Assembly (NCBI RefSeq): GCF_001194135.2
Contig: NC_068989.1
Location: 24,067,932-24,110,137 of the forward strand
Direction of reading: 5' to 3'
From: Octopus bimaculoides
Taxonomy: Eukaryota
DNA length: 42,206 nt
Shown here: positions 14,112-42,206 of the stretch, piece by piece
Layout: the number at the start of each line of letters is the position of its first letter
Numbering within the stretch: the stretch's first letter is position 1
The notes under the pieces: generated by a model
Told to the model about the DNA's origin: nothing
What the model saw: only the letters and a program-made list of their open reading frames with translations
Database searches by the model: none
Program-made: the position numbers and the translations under genes

Positions 14112-14686
14112 AGTTTCAATCTATCAAGTTACACTTTCAAGGATTTGATTAATTCAAAGGTTATATTAGAAGACACACTCTTACCCAGTGTAGTATATTT
14201 TAAACAATTTATTGAATTACTTTTATTCGTTGCTGTAAGTAGTCCAATTTCTTAAATATTTTACATTATTTTACTGCACAGCTGCTATCTTAATGAAACA
14301 AATTCAGCTCCAGACACATTTAACAACTCAAGAATTGATAGTTTTGCACCAATAGTCTCTACGTCTCTTTTACTTCACGTCAGCAATCTTTGTTTTGCAA
14401 GTACAATCACGAGAAATTAAATGTTTGTTATAATTTTTTTATGTCTAAGTCATCTACTTCAATTAAATAGTTTAAAATGTTGACTTCTGCATAGTACCTG
14501 ACAATAGTACCTGACAATGACTGAGGTACTTTTCTCTTTGATTGCTACTAGGCAGTTGTCAATAAATTTCTTCAAAATTTCTACAGCGAGACCAGGAGAC
14601 ACCTAATGTGAAGTTGAACTGCGAATCTTTTATACAATATCCTCTCCGTCATTTTGTTTCTTCAAACCAAGTAATAATAATAATCA

Positions 14687-14892
14687 TGGTTTCAAATTTT
14701 GGCGCAAGGCCAGAAATTTTGGAGTGGAAGCTAATCGATTACATCGACCCCAGTACTTATCTGGTACTTATTTTATCAAACCCGTAAGAATGGAAGGCAA
14801 AGCCGACACCCACGGAATTTGAACCTAGTAGGTGAAGACGGACGAAATGCTGCTGGCCGGCGTGCTAAAGATTCTTCCAGCTCACCGCCTTA
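14687..14892 (-). mobile_element. SINE family B
   Basis: Reverse complement of the family B head and tail. Confidence 0.8.
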
Positions 14893-14906
14893 ATAACGAT
14901 AATAAT

Positions 14907-15043
14907 GGTTTCAAATTTTTCCACAAGGGCAGTAATTTTGGGGGATGGGGTAAGGTACTTAATTAATCGACCCCGAAAGGATGAAACGATAAAGTCGACC
15001 TCGGTGAAATTTGAACTCAGAACGTAGCAGCAGACGAAATACC
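14907..15043 (-). mobile_element. SINE family B, head truncated where it abuts the LINE 3' end
   Basis: Sequence matches family B up to cagacgaaatacc, then switches to the LINE end. Confidence 0.75.
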
Positions 15044-15044
15044 A

Positions 15045-17810
15045 ATTTCTTTATTGCCCACCAGGGGCTAAGCACAGAAATGGGCGGAACAACTGATGCG
15101 ATCAGTAAATCGGTATGATTATACCTAAAATATGACTTTTAAAAATTAAATAAAATATATAAAAAATTGAATGAAATTAACAATACAGAGACAATACAAA
15201 TGAATCGATGATCAGGCCACGCTCCGACCCCACAAGCCCCGATCTATCGCTGGTACCTTTTTGTTCTTTTCTTTCCGTCTATTCACACGGTTCTTTGCAC
15301 GCACAACGCTCGTGCAACATGCTTCCATCTCTTTTGGAACGTACACTCCGACAGACATCTCTTCTCCAGCCACACCTTCCTTTTCAAATGAAAAGTAAAA
15401 AATGATCGTAAATTGTAGCCAGAGATAAAGTTGCCTGTCTTAATTCCTTTTATCCTAGTCTTCCATACTGCCTCTTTTGCTATTGCTACAACCGTGAGAA
15501 AACAATTCTTACCTTCGTTTGTTAAAACTCCCGGTGGGTCAATTTTTATAATTGACTCAGTCGACACCTGTACTCTTCCTTCGCCGGACAAGAGGTGTTC
15601 AGCATAAGCCCACATTTCAGGTATTTCTGGACACTGAACAATAGCNNNNNNNNNNNNNNNNNNNNNNNNNNNNNNNNNNNNNNNNNNNNNNNNNNNNNNN
15701 NNNNNNNNNNNNNNNNNNNNNNNNNNNNNNNNNNNNNNNNNNNNNNNNNNNNNNNNNNNNNNNNNNNNNNNNNNNNNNNNNNNNNNNNNNNNNNNNNNNN
15801 NNNNNNNNNNNNNNNNNNNNNNNNNNNNNNNNNNNNNNNNNNNNNNNNNNNNNNNNNNNNNNNNNNNNNNNNNNNNNNNNNNNNNNNNNNNNNNNNNNNN
15901 NNNNNNNNNNNNNNNNNNNNNNNNNNNNNNNNNNNNNNNNNNNNNNNNNNNNNNNNNNNNNNNNNNNNNNNAGCATTGCCAGGTTAAGGACTTTTGGAAG
16001 TTGTCCAACATTCTCAACCCGAATGTACGGTGAAACAGGCTGTTCAGTTGAATAAACCCTAGAGTTGCTCCCAGGCCATCGTCGCATTCAGACTCTACCA
16101 ACTCACAATATAAAATCCGTGTGGAACCCCCACCGTTGGCGTTGCCCGAGCGCCGGAATAGCAAGAGGGCCTTACAGCACTCTTTATGCCATTCACTCGA
16201 CCTCGGTCTACGAGAACACCAGGCTTCCTTTTCGCAAAAACTTTTGAACTTGGGAAACATTTGTCTGGCCAGCAGAGACCACACCCGTTCACTATCCAGG
16301 AGAATCTAGAGGTGTCTCAATCTCAACGCATGCCTGTGCATCATTAACCAAGGCATTCCTAAACCTCCCTTTAAAGGCTTTTGACAGCAGACAGAGCGTT
16401 TCACAAGAGGCGACCAGCCCTTCTACATAAAGCGAAAGAGCTGTCTCTCCAACCTCATCAACCACGAATCCGGACAGGGCACGACGGTCAGGCGGTAGGT
16501 AATGACCGATGTGATAAACACTTTGGCCACCTCCACCCTCCCTTTCAGGAATAACCACCGCCAAGACCAGGTCTTAACTACTGCAGCTACCCTGCTCAAT
16601 AACTCCGTCCAGTTCTTCTCTATCTGGAGACCTGGTCCAAACCAAACTCCCAACAACTTAACCGGTCCCTCCGTCCAATGCCAAACAACGCTGTCTAAAG
16701 GCATCGACTTGCCAACCCAGGTGCCAAGCTGCAAGCCGACCGACTTTTCCCGGTTAATCTTTGCTCTTGCCACATCCTCGTAAGCCGCAATAGTCTTACC
16801 CACTTCACGTAGGTGTACTACTGAGGTTACGCTGATAGTGATATCATCCGCGTAAGCCGTAACAAACTCCTCTAGACCTGGTTCTCTCGGAATGCCACTC
16901 AATCTTCGCAGTAGGGGCTCGAGAGCCACCACATACAAAAGCGGTGAGAGCGGACATCCTTGACGAACCGAGCGTCTGATGCAGAACGGCTTCGAAAGGT
17001 AGGTTACTGTGCTATCTTTATGATGGACTCGGCTGAGGCGGACTCGGCTGAGGCGGACTCGTCGAGCTCGTGTCAGTACTTGTTCAACTAAACTCAATTA
17101 GAACAGCTTCATTCTTCTCGGAAGACACCATTGAATATACTTCTGTATCTGTACACTTTGTCTTGAATTTGCAATGCTTCTCAATATCTTTATCTGGCAA
17201 GAGACTTCTAGACATTATCTATTGTTCTGAAGCCCAAAGTTCTCCGGAACAGAGACGACAGCTGATTCTCTTCGATAACTAGACGCTGCTGTTCTTTTGT
17301 ATTGGTATTCTATTGAATAGCAAAATGGAAGTTCAACTGACCGTATTTCCGTTCTGGTAGAAAGTTGTGGGCGGCTGAAAACATTCTTGATGCCAGGCGC
17401 CCAGGTTTTGGTCTTCACATGTTCCAGGACAGCAACTCTGTCAATGAGACGAGCTGCAGAAAAACGCGCCAAACCTAAAGCAAGCACACCTGTTCACTGT
17501 CTAGGAATTTCTATAAATGCCGCAGCTTCGTCTGCCGCAGTCACGATATATCGGATTTACCATTTGGAAGATATTGACAGCAGATGGACCACCAGATCAG
17601 AAGAATGCTTCCTATTCACAAGAAACGAGAAAGCAGGCACTTCATTCAAGTCAGGCGAGGAGCAGAGTATGGCACGAGGATCAGGTAGTAATATATAATG
17701 CAGGCGACATATGAAATTGTCTACTCTACCTGACTTTTCGAGCAAAGCTTCCTCACAGCTCAGTTTTGGGTGAGACTGGCGACTCTACTCGAAACCTCGT
17801 CTCTGTCAGT
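15045..17810 (-). mobile_element. 5'-truncated Tx1/L1-clade non-LTR retrotransposon (ORF2 pseudogene)
   Basis: RT motifs SVRQGCPLSPLLYVVALEPLL, AYADDI and VKLLGVWF in ORF 16423-17097; C-terminal ORF 15283-16284; 3' end gggcaataaagaaat; frameshifts and stops; clade assignment is from motif resemblance. Confidence 0.85.
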
Positions 17811-17924
17811 ATTTACCTGGTGGTCTAGACCAAATCACAACCCAAACAACTTAACTGAACCATCCATTCGGTACCCCATAACGATGTTGTCATAGGTTTA
17901 CATCCCCAGGTACTGAGATGCTTG

Positions 17925-18020
17925 CTCACCTCGACGGAATTTGAACTCAGAAAATATAAAGAGCAGGAAGAATTACCGCAAAGTATTTTCCCGACGTGCT
18001 AACGATTACACTGGCTCGGA
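17925..18020 (-). mobile_element. SINE family B head fragment
   Basis: cctcgacggaatttgaactcag...cgacgtgctaacgatt. Confidence 0.65.
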
Positions 18021-19197
18021 GACAAACACGCCCAAGCAAGCATAATACACAAACATACACACACNNNNNNNNNNNNNNNNNNNNNNNNNNNNNNNNNNNN
18101 NNNNNNNNNNNNNNNNNNNNNNNNNNNNNNNNNNNNNNNNNNNNNNNNNNNNNNNNNNNNNNNNNNNNNNNNNNNNNNNNNNNNNNNNNNNNNNNNNNNN
18201 NNNNNNNNNNNNNNNNNNNNNNNNNNNNNNNNNNNNNNNNNNNNNNNNNNNNNNNNNNNNNNNNNNNNNNNNNNNNNNNNNNNNNNNNNNNNNNNNNNNN
18301 NNNNNNNNNNNNNNNNNNNNNNNNNNNNNNNNNNNNNNNNNNNNNNNNNNNNNNNNNNNNNNNNNNNNNNNNNNNNNNNNNNNNNNNNNNNNNNNNNNNN
18401 NNNNNNNNNNNTATATATATATATATATCAGTGGGCATATTAAAAATTTGATATAAAAATGCAGATAGTAAATTACAGAAATATATGTAAATAATAAGTA
18501 ATAAATACAAATATAACAAAAATGACAACCCAGCTACAAACAGATGAGAATTCGTCAGTTGGAGCGAATTTAAGCCGCTTCCTGGTTCATTCGTGTATTT
18601 GAAACTCGACAGTACAAAGCAACCGAATGCATATTTTTAATCATAAATGTAAGAATTGAAGTATAAGGACAAAATACACATGATATCGCATTCAGTTTAC
18701 TTGTTATTTTTTCCCCGGTTTCTTTAAATTTCCTTCATATTTTAATAGTTTCTTGCCATAATTTAAAATCTTCTCGTATTTTCATTTTTCTGATCAATAA
18801 AATTAATAATTGATGCTACGTCGAAATATCAAAGTACATTTAAGTACAGAGTAGAACTTATATTAACAATAAAGCTAAATTGTTTTAAAAGAATTTTGAG
18901 ACATTAATATATTTTAAGTTAATAACAAGATATTTTATATTAAGTCAATACACAGAGTTTATTTTGCCTGGGTATATGAAAGAATTGTAGAACTTCTCGC
19001 GACGAATTGAATTTTATGAGCTGTTTGAAAAAAGTTAAGCCTAAGGTCACAGAGTGCCCAGCACCAGGATTTAATATTCATATTAAATATGGCATTTGTT
19101 TTAATTAATAAAGCAAGCCGTATAATATTTTATAATATTTTCGAATTCTCTTTTTAATATTTTTTTTAGATTTGATGAAGTATACTCAGCTTTATTT

Positions 19198-19425
19198 TAA
19201 GGCGACGAGCTGGCAGAATCGTTGGCACACTGGATAAAACGCCAAGCGTCCTTCGTCATTCTTTACGCTCTGATTTCAAATCCCACTGAGGTCGGCTCTA
19301 CCTTTCACCCCTTTTGGGACTGATGCAATGAGTACCCGTTGAAACAGATACCAATCAAATACTGGTTCCTATGGAAAGAAACTTACTGCTTCCTCACAAA
19401 TTCGTGCCTTGTGCTAAGATTATTG
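19198..19425 (+). mobile_element. SINE family B
   Basis: A-box-like gagctggcagaatcgtt and B-box-like gatttcaaatccc. Confidence 0.75.
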
Positions 19426-20179
19426 GATTCTACGCTGGTGCTCAGGAGTGAACATTGAAGTTGATAAAACCTCTATAATCAGTAGTAGACATCTTACCGT
19501 GCACTATTTAGTTATAAACCATACTTAGTAGTACTATAATTGTTTTAGTACATAAATGAGAAACAATTTAATTTTTATTTGTATATTATTTTGTGTTCAT
19601 TAAATTTAACCCAGGCTCTATTTGTTATTTAAATTGCTTTCGTGAGTCCGTCGAAGTTAGACTAGAGCCAATCAGCCAAACTATGAAATGTATCTGCGTT
19701 TCAAATAGCAATGTCTTTATGCGATATTATTTCATTATGTAATTTGTCAGGCCCTTTAAAAGTAGCATTTAAAATAAGTTTATTAAATTTTAATTAGTAG
19801 AGTTAGTTTCGGTACATTACAAACAGAAACAATTGACAATTATACTTGCGTAGCGACGAGCAAGAAAACAACAACGAAAACAATTCTTTTCTGCGTTGAG
19901 GTTTCCAGTACTTAGCTTAAAAACAATTTCAAATAAATTTCTTGATGTCAAACAATTTTGTTAGTTAAATGAGTTACATAACTTGGGTAGGTTTTAGTCA
20001 TTATTGACCAAACCACGTCTAACTTGATTACACCACCTGGAGTAGTTTTAAGAGTCATGTTTAAGGACAAAGTAGCCCACTCAACTAAGGAGCTGCCGTT
20101 GTTTACTAGATGTGTCTGGTTGTCGGGGCTTTGTCTGATATTTCACAATTAAGTTAATTTAAATTTCTTGAAATTGTTC

Positions 20180-20391
20180 CTTTTTTTTTTTCAGTTATTA
20201 GACTTCGGCCATGCTGGGGCATCTCCTTGAATACGTTTTAGAATGAATAAACCCCAGTACTAATAATTTTGTTAAGCCTGGTACTTATTTTATCGGACTT
20301 ATTTGCCGAACCGCTACATTACGGCGACGTAAACACATCAATACCAGTTGTCAAACAATGGTGGGGGACAAACACAGACACAAAGACACAT

Positions 20392-20440
<49 letters not shown>

Positions 20441-20460
20441 TATATATATATATATATATA
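20180..20460 (-). mobile_element. SINE family A, 3' half
   Basis: Reverse complement of the family A tail and core, ending in a (CA)/(TA) tract. Confidence 0.75.
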
Positions 20461-20616
20461 AAAACAAAAGTAAATGAGTATATGCATATATACGTACAGG
20501 TATGTGCATACCGACATCCACCTGTATGTATAGGTGCATATCTGGGTACAGGACATTGCACACAAACGTAGACGAGAACACACGAGCCACATAGAGAACA
20601 TTCTACTTCTTCAGCT

Positions 20617-21512
20617 NNNNNNNNNNNNNNNNNNNNNNNNNNNNNNNNNNNNNNNNNNNNNNNNNNNNNNNNNNNNNNNNNNNNNNNNNNNNNNNNNNNN
20701 NNNNNNNNNNNNNNNNNNNNNNNNNNNNNNNNNNNNNNNNNNNNNNNNNNNNNNNNNNNNNNNNNNNNNNNNNNNNNNNNNNNNNNNNNNNNNNNNNNNN
20801 NNNNNNNNNNNNNNNNNNNNNNNNNNNNNNNNNNNNNNNNNNNNNNNNNNNNNNNNNNNNNNNNNNNNNNNNNNNNNNNNNNNNNNNNNNNNNNNNNNNN
20901 NNNNNNNNNNNNNNNNNNNNNNNNNNNNNNNNNNNNNNNNNNNNNNNNNNNNNNNNNNNNNNNNNNNNNNNNNNNNNNNNNNNNNNNNNNNNNNNNNNNN
21001 NNNNNNNNNNNNNNNNNNNNNNNNNNNNNNNNNNNNNNNNNNNNNNNNNNNNNNNNNNNNNNNNNNNNNNNNNNNNNNNNNNNNNNNNNNNNNNNNNNNN
21101 NNNNNNNNNNNNNNNNNNNNNNNNNNNNNNNNNNNNNNNNNNNNNNNNNNNNNNNNNNNNNNNNNNNNNNNNNNNNNNNNNNNNNNNNNNNNNNNNNNNN
21201 NNNNNNNNNNNNNNNNNNNNNNNNNNNNNNNNNNNNNNNNNNNNNNNNNNNNNNNNNNNNNNNNNNNNNNNNNNNNNNNNNNNNNNNNNNNNNNNNNNNN
21301 NNNNNNNNNNNNNNNNNNNNNNNNNNNNNNNNNNNNNNNNNNNNNNNNNNNNNNNNNNNNNNNNNNNNNNNNNNNNNNNNNNNNNNNNNNNNNNNNNNNN
21401 NNNNNNNNNNNNNNNNNNNNNNNNNNNNNNNNNNNNNNNNNNNNNNNNNNNNNNNNNNNNNNNNNNNNNNNNNNNNNNNNNNNNNNNNNNNNNNNNNNNN
21501 NNNNNNNNNNNN
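20617..21512. other. Assembly gap (others: 2221-2274, 15646-15971, 18065-18411, 30584-31489, 33741-33871, 38872-39321)
   Basis: Runs of N; all X-containing ORFs in the track are artefacts of these gaps. Confidence 1.
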
Positions 21513-21660
21513 ATATATATATATATAGATGTATATACGACAGGGTTCTTTCAGTTTCTGTCTGCCAAATCCACTCACAAGGATTTCGCCGGCCCCATGA
21601 TATAGTAGAAAACACTTTCCCATGGTTCCACACAGTAGAGCTGAACCCGGAAATCTGTGG
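21513..21660 (-). mobile_element. SINE family A, 5' half
   Basis: atatatacgacagggttctttcagtttctgtctgccaaatccactcacaagg matches the reverse family A head region. Confidence 0.75.
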
Positions 21661-21729
21661 CAGAGAAGAAAAAGTTTTCAAAAGCAAAAAAACAAAACCA
21701 CAAGTAAAATAAACTGCGGAAGTAAAGAA

Positions 21730-21787
21730 TACGCACACGACCCGTTTTCGGCGGTTAGGGTTACGCTGCAAACGGGTGATGTGCGTA
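21730..21787. repeat. Small hairpin / mini-MITE: 18-bp inverted arms around a core containing GGTTAGGGTTA
   Basis: tacgcacacgacccgttt versus the reverse complement of aaacgggtgatgtgcgta: 16/18 match. Confidence 0.8.
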
Positions 21788-21812
21788 GTCTACCTTCGCC
21801 AAATAAACTTAC

Positions 21813-41617
<19,805 letters not shown>

Positions 41618-41727
41618 CTATATTGATAGATCCAAACACGATAAAAATTACTAAGATAATATGCCAAGGAACTCATTATCTATTGTATATAGTATAACAA
41701 CGCATGCATTCACGCACATACGCACGC

Positions 41728-41778
<51 letters not shown>

Positions 41779-42206
41779 TATTCTTTTTGCGAAGTAATGA
41801 TTACTTTTAAGTATTACTATTAAGATTCTATATATATCTTCCGTTTCCATATATATATATTGTTCGTTTGGTATGTTGATTCACTGTTTATTTCTATTTT
41901 TCTGGACCATATTATGCTGACGAGTAGAAGTTGTATAATACTACAATAACTACGAAATCATGATCTATAATTTAGTTCGTTTTTAAGGGGTTGGCTTTGA
42001 GAGTTGCATTTCCTCGCATTCGGTAAAAATGTGCTTTTTTATAGTAGTCTGACCTTAGAGTCCCTCATGGCGTGAGGCATTATTGTATAGTAATGCCCTT
42101 ATATAAATATAAATATATATTTCGGGAATAAATGATGGATTTTTTCCCTTATGAGGTTTTTTTCACGCTAGCTACTTGATAAATTCTTGTAAAAGAATTC
42201 GTCCTA

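Noticed and set aside
19276-19368. Phase-0 open segment EPVFDWY...VPKGVKGR as a candidate P450 last exon
   Set aside because: Lies inside a family B SINE; the similarity is coincidental
20040-20100. LSGLLCP..LLKL resembling the CYP3A C-terminus
   Set aside because: Three in-frame stops and no suitable acceptor
20319-21771. Long ORFs of 300-430 aa in the track (also 30515-31535, 38669-39388, 17947-18528)
   Set aside because: They are open only because they cross N-gaps
41618-42206. P450 exons 1-3 or promoter
   Set aside because: No GIPGP-type or KKYG-type exon was found; these exons are presumably beyond the window

Overview
AT-rich, microsatellite-dense animal genomic DNA from a draft assembly with 7 N-gaps. 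The SINE types and repeat landscape point to an octopod cephalopod (inference). The main feature is an apparently intact clan-3 cytochrome P450 (CYP3A-like) gene on the minus strand. Ten coding exons between 41617 and 21813 were read out by hand. They splice with GT-AG boundaries into 405 stop-free codons carrying WxxxR, AGHETT, ETLR, PERF and FGAGPRICLG. Their intron phases match human CYP3A4 exons 4-12, plus one extra intron. Exons 1-3 were not found and are presumably beyond the right edge. The terminal coding exon was not found either (N-gap or read-through). The last exons of a probable single-pass membrane protein gene lie on the plus strand at 285-3268. The rest is transposon debris: several tRNA-derived SINE families, two Tx1/L1-like LINE relics, an R4/Dong-like REL-endonuclease fragment, mariner, rosa-like Tc1/mariner and hAT relics, and MITEs. 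The most interesting structures are (1) a ~235-bp-arm foldback in the intron after the I-helix exon, carrying a templated copy of DNA from 2.4 kb away, (2) a 16-bp minisatellite that grew out of a mariner catalytic motif, (3) an inverted pair of young SINEs tightly bracketing in-frame exons 6-8, and (4) a transposase with an apparent D-46-D spacing. No clearly new multi-gene system is supported by the sequence.
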